Shown piece by piece: positions 41,006 to 54,400 of a stretch of 64,000 nt of DNA. The notes beneath the pieces are model-generated. The model did no database searches. It was not told the origin of the DNA and worked only from the letters and a program-made list of their open reading frames with translations. Numbering within the stretch: position 1 is the first letter of the stretch; the number at the start of each line of letters is the position of its first letter. Source of the DNA: Octopus vulgaris (lineage: Eukaryota); the NCBI GenBank assembly GCA_951406725.2, contig OX597817.1, forward strand, positions 20,212,001 through 20,276,000, in the 5' to 3' direction. The translations under genes were made by a program, and so were the position numbers.

Positions 41006-41126
41006 TATGATGATGATGATGGTGGTGATGGTGATGATGGTTGTGATGGTGGTGATGGTGGTGATGGTGGTGATGGTGGTGATGATAGTGATGATAATGA
41101 TGATGATGATGAGGAGGAGGATGAAA

Positions 41127-41177
<51 letters not shown>
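41006..41177. repeat. (GAT)n/(GGT)n microsatellite
   Basis: Direct reading. Confidence 0.95.
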
Positions 41178-41179
41178 AT

Positions 41180-41300
41180 ATATACATGTGTTTATATCCC
41201 CGTAAACTAGCGGTTCGGGAGAAAGAACCGATAGAATTATTTCTATTTTTTTTTAAATAATAAGTTCTGGGGTGGATTTTTTCAACTAAAGGCGATTTTT
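41180..41300 (+). mobile_element. 3' part of CORE-like SINE
   Basis: TATCCCCGTAAACTAGCGGTTCGGGAGAAAGAACCGATAGAAT matches ~62694-62735. Confidence 0.65.
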
Positions 41301-41398
41301 TCAACTAAATACGTAATTGTGTAGAATATAAAGAATATATAAATACATATATGCATACACACACATATTTATACACATGTACATACATACATACATAC

Positions 41399-41453
<55 letters not shown>

Positions 41454-42216
41454 ACATTTTACAATTGTATATATGTGTTTGCATCCAAGTTTCCAAAGTT
41501 GACAAAAACTTCAACGAGGTTTCGAGATAAAACGTTTAGAATTCCGATTCAATTTTACAGATTTTAATTCTTGGCATAGGACATCCGAATTTCCTATCTT
41601 AATAGGTCATCTGAAATAATTTAACTGCGTTTACACATACAAAGTATTCAGCTTCTGGATACTTGTGCACCACATAACCATATATACCCACACGTGTGCT
41701 CACACACACACACACACTCGCAGAAACAGACTCAGACACGCACACAATATATATATATATTTGTGTGTGTGTGTGTGTAGGAGGGCGTATATCTGTGTTT
41801 TTCCGAGCGTTTTTGCTTCTATGTAGCAAAACTATGTGTTTCGCCAAAGAAATATAAGTAACACTGGCGGTATTAAATACCCATTATTTCGATATATGTT
41901 CATATATGTTCAGAGAAATATTTTACATATCTCTGAAACACTTTTATCGAGTATTTCCAATTAGCAATAGCATCCTGCTGCCTGGAAGCATTCTTGAAAT
42001 TTGTGTAAACGCATATATGATTTAAAAACTCCAGAAATTGACAGCTAGACTATGGGTATGTGTGCACACATATACATATATATATACTTATATACAGACA
42101 TATAAATAAATTTATATGCAGATATGAAAACATATATTTATATAAGCATACATACATATGCATAAAAAATAAATATATTTAATAATATTTTCATCATTCT
42201 TTGCATCTTTCTGCAG

Positions 42217-42261
42217 GGTGTGGAACGTGCTTTGACTGAGATATTTTTACAATGTAAGACA
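42217..42261 (+). CDS. Candidate 45-nt internal exon (GVERALTEIFLQCKT)
   Basis: Polypyrimidine tract and CTGCAG acceptor ending at 42216; GTGAGT donor at 42262; open only in phase 0; length divisible by 3; no protein recognised. Confidence 0.4.
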
Positions 42262-42375
42262 GTGAGTAAGTATTATTTCCTTCACAAACTCTTCACAAAC
42301 AATTTTCTCCATCGACGTCTTTATTAGAATGTCCCACCTCCTTATCATTCGCTCTTAGCAGTCTTCTTTTTGCTT

Positions 42376-42815
42376 CACATATCATCATGATCATCATCTT
42401 CAGCACTAGCATCTCTTTGGTTGCCATTAAAGTTTCCAATATTATATTTCCCAATGCATATCATCATCATCATCACCATCATCATCACTATCACCATCAT
42501 CATCATCATCATCACCATCACCATCATCATCATCACCATCATCATCATCACCATCATCATCACCATCATCATCACCATCATCATCACCATCATCATCATC
42601 ATTACCATCATCATCACCATCACCGCCACCATCATCACCCCCATCATCATCATCATCATCGTCGTCGTCGTCATCATCATCATCATCATCATCATCATCA
42701 CTATCATCACTATCATCACCATCATCACCACTATCACCACCATCACAACCATCATCACTATCACCACCATCATCATCATCATCATCATCATCATCCTCAT
42801 CATCATCATTATTAT
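42376..42815. repeat. (CAT)n/(CAC)n compound microsatellite
   Basis: Direct reading; source of the poly-H/D/M/I ORFs. Confidence 0.95.
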
Positions 42816-43481
42816 CAAAATCTCTACAGTAATTATCAGATACATCATCAACATCGCTGGCATGTTCGTCTTTTACACTGTCTTTAATGCACATCATATG
42901 ATGTGAAACCTTTTTCTTTAGATATTTCAGCTCTACAATCTTTAGGAGAGTAGATAATTGTTCAGTCATCTGTACTAGCCATTATTTAAGCATCATTAAA
43001 TCGATTCATCGAAGTGATATACGTATCAAGATTTTGTTCCAACGGACTAAATAAACAAAAGGAGACTGTGAGGGGCGGCTGCAATAAACGATGTCCAAGT
43101 CAACATATTCTATATAAAGTTTTATAACCGATTCTGTAAAAATGTAAAACATTGTTGCTACGCAGTTCAACCGAACAAACGGTCATAAAGTATACACAAT
43201 TTCTTTAAACTTGTTTTAAATTTGCTCATAACATTTATTCCGCTCTCGCTCTTAAGAAAATACGTATATTTGCACAATTACACACACACACACATAGGGG
43301 TACATAGACACACACACACAGAGGTACACAATCACACACACACCCGACCGACCGACCGACCGACCGTGTGCGTACACAGACACACGCACACACACAGACA
43401 ACACTCATAAGCACACATATATCTTTGTATGTGCGTATATATGTGGGTTCCTATATATATATATATCTATATATCTATATC

Positions 43482-43512
<31 letters not shown>

Positions 43513-43519
43513 GTGTATA

Positions 43520-43574
<55 letters not shown>

Positions 43575-43597
43575 ATATATATGTATATATATGTATA

Positions 43598-43687
<90 letters not shown>

Positions 43688-46299
43688 TATATGCATATAT
43701 ATGTGTGTGTACAGGCTTGCATATTTGTGTGTATACTTATAACTGCATGTACACAGAGACATACATATATACTTACGTACACGTGGATTTGTTTTTTTTT
43801 ATGAACTTCTGTACATGTAATTCTCTGAGCTTTATATGTATCAGTATGTAAATATATGCTATTCTAGAGTTGTTTATACCTTATAGCATAAAAGTCTTTG
43901 TGCTTAATATGATTTACCCTCTTATTTAAGAAGTACACGCCCATGGTAATTTAAGTGTTTCAAAATGTCACGTTATGTTGCAAAATATTCAGTCGTTTGA
44001 GAATAAATGTGAAATATCATCAATGTAAAATATGAATTTTACAAAATTACAATAATTACAGTACTACTTTCAGATAAGGTTCAAGACACTTTGTAGCTTA
44101 GTATGTTTACACTTTGTCTCTCTGTCTCTATCGCGCTCTCTAAATCTATCACTCTCTCTTTCTATCTCTACCACGTTCTCTCTCTCACATACACATGTAA
44201 AATCCAGAAGCCACAAATGGGTACATTTAGAATATACTTTGACGCTGACAAATTACGTTATGTTATATATTAAAGGAACACGAATTCGAACACTGATCTG
44301 GACTTTGAAACCACAAGTCATTTTCCTTTCAAGGCACCATAAATATGTCTTTCTTTCCGAAATCAGGGACGATTCTACCCGAAAAATATTGACCATCTGA
44401 TTTCGATATTCCATATCAGCTGCCGTATATTTACTATTTGACACAGCGTTAAATATTTTGAAAAATAAGTAATACACACGATATCACAATCCAAAACATG
44501 CTGAAGGTTTGCAAAATATATTTTAAACCTCCATGCGATTGCATAAATAAATACGGTCATTTATGAACGAAACAGCATGGTAGACTTTATAATTCTACAA
44601 TGGAAACTCCCTTATATATAATTATGTAGAAAAAATGAAACCAAAGGGGCTGATCGGAAGCTAAACATTGGAGATTGCCAGAGACCAGGCAATATTTATC
44701 AGGCCGGGATAAAAATACTCATTGAATTCAGTTTAAACATCACGTAAAAACGATTTGCTATTTTGATGTAACTTTGTATCAAAATCTACACAAAGCAGAA
44801 GAACCACAATAATACACATGGATTCCCTATATCCTGCTTTGAATAACTAGGAAACTTGCAACAGACAGTATTACATTATTTTGACTTCACTATGCGCACG
44901 AACAACTTCAACAGGGTTTCTTTAATTGGATCATGGAGATATTCTAAACGTATTTATTGGACGTGCTATAAGTGACAGCGATAAGATCTCTCATGTCAAA
45001 TGCTGTTTTGCCAGTAAAAGTATACATGTTTCCTTTTTAGAGAAAAGTAGAACCTGCATTATCAGCTAATGACTTACTCGAAAAGGATTTTTTAAAATGT
45101 TGCATTACATCAACTAAATAAAAGAAAAATACATCTTGGACACGCTTGGAACACAAAATATGTATAAGGACACATTTTAAAGCAGAATCTACTATAACTT
45201 TGCTAGGAAAATACGCATTACAGAATCTACTGGAAATATCTTCCCTGGTATAACATATCACATAGTGGCACAACATAAATCAAATTCGTCAACAATAATA
45301 CATGTTTAGTTCTGCAATTCTATCCTAAATACAACAGTTCTTGATCTCTATTTATAAAACAACACGAAAGAAATGATAATTTACAAATAGGCGTCTTGCT
45401 ACTGAAGTATAAATTGTATACGTTCAATCTAACTTCTGATTATCTTGGCTGCTGTTTCAACAGTTATATTTAGAAGTCAAATATTTTATGAGATAAAGGA
45501 GGAATTTGATCATGATACTGATTAGTAGTTCAAGATTTCATGCCATCCCACATGTGTCATCCAGTCATGTATCTTCATAAAGTCCAGATGATCATGACTT
45601 CATACGTATAATATATGAAGAGTGCAATTGGTGCAATTGGAAGGCATGCAAATGTTAATAGTATAAAATATCAATGATATATAGTTTCTATTAGTGTGAA
45701 AAGAGAAGTTTCCTTAATTATCCCAAATCATTTCACAAAACCAAAATAGCAGATCAACATGCAAATCAAGAAGATATTCCTGACTTTTCAAACGTCAGTT
45801 TTCTCCTTAAACAATTCATAAGGAAGTTATATCCACTTGTCGATGTATGAGGCAATTCTGTCTTGAAAATAACTACATATAGGTGATTTGAAACGTTTTA
45901 GGCTATGAACAATAGACGTTCACGGAATTGATAGGCCGTATTTTCCTTGCAAAGAGAATCTACAAAACTTAACAGTATCCTGAAGCAATGAGTATCATTA
46001 AGGGCCCATATAAACTTCTGATCTATGATCTACAGTATTTCAATCTATACATGAAGCAAACATAGCACATACATCGGCCTATGCCCAGAACAAGATAAGT
46101 AAATAAAAATACGGGGAAAACTAAACACATATGTACTATAGTTTACTGAACGAAATATTACAGAAAAAAAAACAAAAGAAAACTAATAGCTTTTCTTAGA
46201 CAAATATCCTGTAATGTTGACGATGTCAACTGAAAGTAATTAATCATTCTGCAAATTTAATCGTTCTGTAAATTTTAGATTGTTGAACACATGGAAAAT

Positions 46300-48030
46300 A
46301 AGTCTTACTTATAAATAATATTTCTGCTATTACCTGCAGGGTAAAAATGAAAAGATTGTCCTTGCTCCCCACTCTGAATGTTCCAACATATAACAGACCA
46401 TATGAGATAAAATCTCCTTCTAATTGCAAATCAGCAACTTCAAAGTTTGGCCATGGGAAATATTGATGGACATCACAAAATACTGACGTATTGGTAAATG
46501 AAGTCATTTGAACTAGAAGGGTATACTGAAAGGTACAAAGTGTAAGCAAGGACTAAAAACACCTTCACCTTTTCCACAGCTAGATTTTTTATGGCCTGCA
46601 TGACATTTCATGACAACAAGCCTTGTGCCATTGCACAGCTTTGGTTGAGAAAGTTTGCGAAGAAGCATGATTTGAATGGGATGAAATGAGGAGGAACTCC
46701 ATGTGGTTGCAAAAGGTTTAAGAACTCAACCAGGTAATTGACTATTTCCGATTCATCCACAACAGAGTCAATAAATTTAAAAGAATGTTCCTTTCCTGGT
46801 AAACATTTCTCAAGTCTTTCATTTAAATTATTCACTGAAACGTTCTTTGGTGATTGTTCTTTCGCACAACCAAGCAGCACTGGTGTAATTTGAAATTATA
46901 CTTGGAAAAGCTATTTCTATAAGTTGCTGAACCGAGTTGATCAAAGTGCAGATTTTCGATGGATTCAAGTCACCTTCATGATTGATATCTAACCTTCCTT
47001 CTCCAAGTTGCAAAATAGTATGGACAAATTGTTCCGACATATGATCCCCATGCAAATGTGCCCACGTATTTGTAGATAATTTTAACATTTTGATATGCTT
47101 CCTAAAATAAAAGTTTTCAAGCATGATTTCAATTCATCCACCTTTTTTCTGGGAATCACTGGCAAATTTTGTTTGAAATCACCTGAAAGTTCTATTGTCA
47201 CACCTTGCATCAAACCATTAGAATTGCACAAATCCTGCAGAATTGTGTCAAAAATTTGTAAAGATTTGTTATAGAACATTGTAGCTTCGTCCCATATGAT
47301 CAAAGAAGATTTCATAAGAACTTGAATTAAATAACTTTTACTAATATTGCAGCAGGTTCATCATTTGATGTTAGTTTGAATGGCGGCTTTAATATTGCAT
47401 GAGCTGTTAGGCCTCCTGTGAGTAGAGTCGCAGTAATTACAGAGCTCGCTACCACTACGCCTATTTTCATTTTTCTGTCAGGCGTTGGCTTGGCTATCAT
47501 TGAATTTTAAATTTATTACAAAATTTTTTTCCCGTTGCTCCTGGTGCGTCTAAATAATATAATCTTCCGCTCATATGCGTTAGTTGGTCGTTGAATGTTG
47601 TACATGCAAGTTTTCGGTCCAACATAAGTTTCGGGATATTTTTTTCAAGGAATCTTGTCAATGAATCAATATCATATCAAATTTCTCGCAACCCATTTTT
47701 TATGATCACATTGTTCACCTCATTTCGATGGGTTTCAGGCAAGCTAAACTTGCTGATATCCTCTCATTCCATTGAAACAATGAGATCTTCGATATCAACC
47801 AATGTAGAATTATATATGTGGTCATAAACTGTAATTTCCCTCTCAAGGAATCTTAATTGATATTTATAGTCTTCTGATAAATTATTCTTATTCTTGTGCC
47901 AGAACGCTAATGGATTACTTACTTCACAATTCAGGAGAAGAATAGCCAAAAGATGTCTCAAAGAAATAGGTGTGCGTGACACTGAAGACTCAAACATTGT
48001 ACTATTCCACTGTCATCAAACAAATCTAAG
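46300..48030 (-). pseudogene. Helitron Pif1-family helicase relic
   Basis: LRHLLAILLLNCEVSNPLAFW..LSED, LDAPGATGK (Walker A), [62 protein letters not shown]. Confidence 0.92.
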
Positions 48031-48105
48031 ACTAAACAAGTTTCTCTATCAGTAGATATCTTAGAAAGGAGACGAAAGTCGGTCGTCTTATTATTACTTG
48101 GATGA

Positions 48106-48480
48106 TCTCTTGAAAAACGCCGCCGCCGTGGTGATCTCATTCTCGCCCACAACATCATAAGCGGGAAGTGTAACCTCTCGAAAGAGCTGTTCTTCACTCC
48201 TGCTCCGGAGCGTCGGCTGCGGGGTCATTCCGAAAAGCTCTACCTGCGACGATTTCATCTCAATCGAAGGAGAGTAGCTTTCTCCGTCCCGGTTGCGGAT
48301 CCGTGGAACAAGCTGCCAGACGAGATGGTGAAGATGCCGACGACCGCTTTGTTCAAAGCCTCCCTGGACCTCAAGTGGCCTGAACTCTTTACATGAACAC
48401 CACCCTGTACTTAACTCCATGTCCCCCTACATGGCCTTGCTATTTGCTTTTGAGCCAAATTAACTAACTAACTAACTAAC
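48106..48480 (+). mobile_element. CR1-clade LINE 3' end (5'-truncated) with (TAAC)n tail
   Basis: Open frame SLEKRRRRGDLILAHNIISG..RLRGHSEKL..RRVAFSVPVADPWNKLP..LFKASLD..FT* (stop at 48394-48396), short 3' UTR, TAAC repeats. Confidence 0.9.
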
Positions 48481-49595
48481 TCAACATGAGCTTCCCTTTT
48501 TCTTATATCAATATATATTATTAGATGCTATTACAGTTATACACACACACAAAAAATAAACATACACACGCACAGTTACACACACAACGACAAACATGTC
48601 ATGTGTGTCTTTATATTATACATATGGCATACCTACAGAATAGTGCCCCAAAGAATTTGTTGCTTCCCATGTTTTGAGAGAATGGGTATTTTCAAATGAA
48701 ATTCTGTACAAATATGCCCAAGTGAGATAGGGAAATGACAGCTGACCTCGTGAATTGTGATGTGGATTACGTGAAACAATGGAAACATGTTAGAGTGAAA
48801 TCTGAGATATGGTTTCTATTCTGAATGTAGGCAGGGAATAAATTGAAAGTAATCTTCTACGGTTTGTATTGTGAAGCTAGGCAGCGGAAAAGCGAAACCT
48901 GATCTTCTACAGATGTAAATGTAGAACGAATGTAAAATAATATTTAAGTAATACTTATAGCAATGCGAGATAAAGGAGCTTATTACAGTTAAACACACCC
49001 CAAACACATGTTATTATACATATAACATACGAAATGAATAGTAACCAACCATATTTTGTAATAAAATGAAAAAATATGATAATCCTATAAGAAATTATGT
49101 CCCTTAGAAAGGTTATTTATTTTTGAAAATTTGTATATGGTGTGTTAATCTTCAAAAAATTACATCCCTTAACTCTTCATTTATTTATTCTTAATTTGGA
49201 AGTGGCATATTTTAATCCTCAAGAAATTATCTCCCTTACCACTTCATTTATTTTTGAAATGTGGTTTTGTTAATGTTGGAGGAGGGCCAGCAACTCTCTT
49301 CTGAGAGCCGCTCGAAATGCGGGACCACTTCTATTGTATTCGTCGGGAAAGGTTACATAATAATTAACTTTCAGTTTTTGTGTCGACGCTGTAGTTGTTC
49401 ATTCTATATGCAGACAGTCAGACTGACAGGAACACGTACATCTATTTTTATTATATATACACACACACGCATATACATATATATATATATATACATGTAT
49501 GTATATATATGTGTATATATGTGTATTATACTCGTATATCCCCACAAACACACAAACACATACCCACAGATATACACACACAAACACGCACGCAC

Positions 49596-49639
<44 letters not shown>

Positions 49640-49879
49640 GCGCATTTATGCTTACATATATATCGTTCTACTGCGTGTGAGGGTGAATGTGTGTGTATAT
49701 GTGTGTGTGTGTTTATGTGCTTATTCTATATATTTGTGTTCTTTACATGTTCATCATGTAGGGAAGCGGTTAAATACTTCCCCCATAAATAAATAAAATT
49801 CACGAGAGTTATGATTTTGTGGATATGAACACCAACCACCGCTTTCTGCTTAATAAACGATCAAAATACTATTTTCTCC

Positions 49880-50439
49880 TCTAGGCAGAATGCCCCAAAA
49901 GTTTTGATCGACTCCTGTATGCAACTCGTACTTAATTTATCGTCTTCGAAATGATGAAAGGCAAAGTCGACCTCAGCTGAATTTCAACTCATAACGTACT
50001 CAGACAATATACCTATTTCTTTATTTCTTTAATACCCACGAGGGGCTAAAGACAGAGAGGAAAAACAAGGACAGACAAACGGATTAATTCGATTATATCT
50101 ACCCCAGTGCGTTAATGGTACTTATTTAATCGACCCCGAAAGGATGAAAGGCAAAGTCGACCTCGGCGGAATTTGAACTCAGAACGTAGCGGCATACGAA
50201 ACACGTATTTCTTTTACTACCCACAAAGGGCTAAACACAGAGGGGACAAACAAGGACAGACCAACGGATTAAGTCGATTATATATTGACCCCAGTGCGTA
50301 ACTGGTACTTAATTTATCGACCTCGAAAGGATGAAAGGCAAAGTCGACCTTGGCGGAATTTGAACTCAGAACGTAGCGGCATACGAAATACGGCTGCGCA
50401 TTTCACCCGGCGTGCTAACGTTTCTGCCAGCTCACCGCA
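49880..50439 (-). mobile_element. Tandem array of three Meta-like SINE units
   Basis: GATGAAAGGCAAAGTCGACCT near 49953, 50143 and 50330; only the rightmost unit has the complete tRNA 5' end. Confidence 0.88.
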
Positions 50440-50959
50440 TTAAACGCCCCAGATATTCTCATGGAACCAACAAACTATCGGTGGCGGCTGCATTTTTCAA
50501 ATCAAATATTGACCACTATGTACATATATATTTCTTAATAGGTCTAAAAGCATATTAATATTATCTATACCGGATACATATTAATAGGTCTGAGAAAGAA
50601 AAGGAAAATCCAGTCAACTGCTAAAGTACAGTATTTTCTTTCCAAATATATTTAATTTGTAAATGCATTTTTTTGTTTGAATTCATATGTATTATTCTCA
50701 TATATCTCAGCGTGTTTCTACATTAAAATATTTGTGTATATATATTCGTGAAAGACAATCATTATTCTATGGATTATCTTAAAGAGATCCATTTACGTCG
50801 AAATGCTGATAACGACATACAACATAGCTGCGTCAGAATAAAAGAATGTTTTCTACTATTGTTCAGAACAATTCATTAGGGTTGATATTTGATTACTGGT
50901 GTCAGTATAATGACCTGAATCCCGCCGATCAAAATCTGGGGCGTTGTGCCGTTAACAGA

Positions 50960-51027
<68 letters not shown>

Positions 51028-51028
51028 G

Positions 51029-51389
51029 TCTATGTTTGACTTTTGCTTTATGTCTGTACAAGTTGGCTCCAAGTCTCACCTAGAGACCTCAAGAGACAAC
51101 AGGTTGGAAGTTCGAGTTGTTGTTATGCCTAGTGGGCCATATATATATATATATTTTTTTTTGGTGTTGTACTAGTGAATGTCTAATATGTAAAAAAAAA
51201 AAATTGTTTTAAACCTTCGAATTACATAGAAAGTATTTTGCGTAGGATATGAGCAGTTCCCATGAGCACTATCTTTTGAATTTCTACCATTTTGGGGTTT
51301 CCTGGTATCTGAGTTAGGTAGCAATCAGCCCCTTTCGCTATCATTCCCAGGGCACCTATGGCAACAGGTATTTTTTTAGTCTTCAGGTT
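51029..51389 (-). mobile_element. Second, 5'-truncated 3' end of the Dong-like LINE
   Basis: Close match to 51423-51795; encodes IPVAIGALGMIAKGADCYLTQIPGNPKMVEIQKIVLMGTAHILRKILSM*; flanked by (TTA)n. Confidence 0.92.
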
Positions 51390-51390
51390 A

Positions 51391-51422
<32 letters not shown>

Positions 51423-54400
51423 CTATGTTTGACTATTGCTTTATATTTGTACAAGTTGGCTCCAAGTCTCACCCAGAGACCTCAAGAGACAACAGGGTTG
51501 GAAGTTCATGTTGTTGTTATGCCTAGTGTGCCATATATTTGGGGGGTGGGGTGTTGTACTAATGAATGTCTAAAAAAAAAATTTTTTTTTTTTTAAACCG
51601 AAAATTATGTTTGTTTTAAACCTTGAGATTACATAGAAAGTATTTTGCGTAGGATATGAGCAGTTCCCATGAGCACTATCTTTTAAATTTCTGCCATTTT
51701 TGGGTTTCCTGGTATCTGAGTTAGGTAGCTATCTGCCCCTTTGGCTATCATTCCCAGGGCACCTATGACAACAGGTATTGTTTTAGTCTTCAGCTTCCAC
51801 ATTTTGCTGATTTCTATTTCAAGATCTTTATATTTGCTCAGTTTTTGGTAGGTCTTGACAGATACGTTTATATCGATTGGGACAGTCATATCAATGAGGA
51901 GGCATGTTCTTTGTTTGAAGTCTTTCAATATGATGTCTGGCCTATTTGCATCTATCTGTCTGTCAATTTGAATGGCGAAGTTCCAGAGGAGTGAGATGTG
52001 GTCATTTTCAAGCACTGGGGGTGGTTTATGTTCCCACCAGTTTTTTTCATGGGGCAAATCCAGGTTTTTACAGATTACCCAATGAATATATTGTGCAGCT
52101 CTATCGTGCCTGTTGAGATATTCTGTAGGCGCTAGAAGACTGCACTTGGAGACCACATGGTCAATGGTTTCATTTTGTTGCTTGCATACACGACACGTTG
52201 GACTGCTTCTGATCTTTAATATGTTGGCCTGGTAGTTTCTTGTTGGTAGGCATTGATCTTGAGCTGCTATGATAAACCCCTCTGTTTCAGATTTTAAGCC
52301 AGAGGCCATTAGGCATTGATGGGTCAGGGCTTTGTCAACATCTGCATTATTTGCTCTCTTTGGGTATTTGCCATATAGAGGTTTTTCTTGCCATTTATCA
52401 TTCAGAATATCTAAGGCCGCATATTTAGCACGGGTTTTCATGCGCTTAGCTTTTTCTGTGCCTGTTTCTTGTATGTCTATCTCTAATTCCGAAATTTGTT
52501 GTATTCGGAATTCACTTAGATATTCCTTTGCCTGTTTTGTTACTGAGTATGATGCTTTCTTGTTTTCATGTTTTGAGACAAGTTTTAACATCCAGTCCTC
52601 AGAGTTTTTCAGGTAGGTGTCTAGGCCAATTGTAGCAATCTTCATTGTTATTGCCAGTTGTAAAAGTCCACGGCCTCCCTCTTTTCTTGGCAGATAAAGT
52701 CGTTCTGTATCTGTCTTAATGTGGTGCATTCTATGCATTGTCAACAGCTTTCGTATTTTTCTGTCAAGATTACATATTTCAGTAATTGACCAGTTAACGA
52801 TACTGAAACTGTAAGTCACGACTGGTATGGCTAATGCATTGATCGCTTCGATCCTGTTTCTCGCATTCAGCTCTGTCTTGAGTATTGCTCTTACTCTGCG
52901 ATAGCATTCTCTCCTGTTCCTATCCTTCATCTCTGAATGCCTTATTCCTTCTCCTTCAATTACCCCTAGATACTTGTAGTTCTCTGCTGGGTCTAATTCC
53001 TTTATGACATTCTGCTGGTCAAGGTTAACGTTAGATGTTTCTGTCATTTTTCCTTTGATAAAGGTAGCTTTTGCGCATTTATCGAGGCCAAATTGCATTC
53101 TGATGTCGTCACTGAATTGTTTGACAATCGCTAGTAAGCCCTTGAGTTGTTGGTCATTTTTTGCAAAGAGCTTTAAATCATCCATGTAAATGAGATGATT
53201 TATATTTTTATCAAACATTTTATATCCGTACTGCGCATCATTGAGCAGTTTTGAGAGAGGTATTAAGGCTAAACAGAAGAGGAGCGGTGAGAGTGAGTCA
53301 CCCTGGAAAATGCCACATGAAATTTTTATATCACCAGCATTTAGAGATTCTTTGTCACTGTTCAAAGTTAGTGTGGTTCTCTATGATCTCATACTTACAG
53401 ACAAAAAGTTTCGCAGAGCAGGTGCTATCTTATACATTTCTAGGCATTTATTAATCCAGCTATGTGGTAGGCTATCAAAAGCCTTTTTATAGTCTATCCA
53501 GGCTATTGATAAGTTTTTGTGTCGTTTGTGACAATCTTCTAAGATCATCTTATTGATGAGTAGTTGATCTTTACAACCGTAGGATCCCCGTTTACATCCT
53601 TTCTGTTCATTAGGGAATATGCTGCTGTCTGTCAAAAAACTATAGGTATATTCCGTCAGGACAGATGTTAGTGTTTTATACATAGTTGTTAAGCAGGTTA
53701 TGGGTCTATAGTTTTTGGGATCATTTGTTTCTTCATTTTTTGGAAGCAGGAATGTTAACCCATTAACTAGCCAAGGAGGCATCCTACTAGAGTGTTGCAA
53801 AACATCATTGTAAAGTTCTGCTAGCAGTTCATGGCTCTCCTGGGAAGGCATTCAACCAAAAGTTAGGGATTTTATCCTTTCCTGGAGACTTCCATTTGCT
53901 TGACCTCCTGAGAGCAGATCTTATATCTTCTACCTTGACACCCTCCCACTTTTGCTCTTCTAAGGAGTCCAGTTCTTTAGATATTCTATCAATCCAGGGG
54001 CCTTTTCGCTGTGTGTTTTTTCTTCTGCCCAAATTTTATTCCAAAATCCCTGCACTTCTTCGTTTGATGGTACAGACTTTACAGTAACTGTTGTTTTTCC
54101 TATCTTCCTGTAAAAATGTTTGGGGTTATTTTTGAACATGTTGTTGTCCCTGTAGAATCTAATACGCTTTTCATACCTGGCTATGCGGGCAGCTTTAGCA
54201 GATACCTTTTGCTTGATGGTTTCTATGGTGGCATCAATATCAAGTATAGTTTTCATATTATATTTTTTCATTAGTTTTTGGGTTTTTGCAGATTTGGTAG
54301 TCTTATGAACCTTAAGGTTTTTCAAATATTCAATGTCAGATCTAAATAGTTTAATTTGTTGTTGCAAACGCTCTTGCCAAGAAGGCTTTTGTGGAAATGT

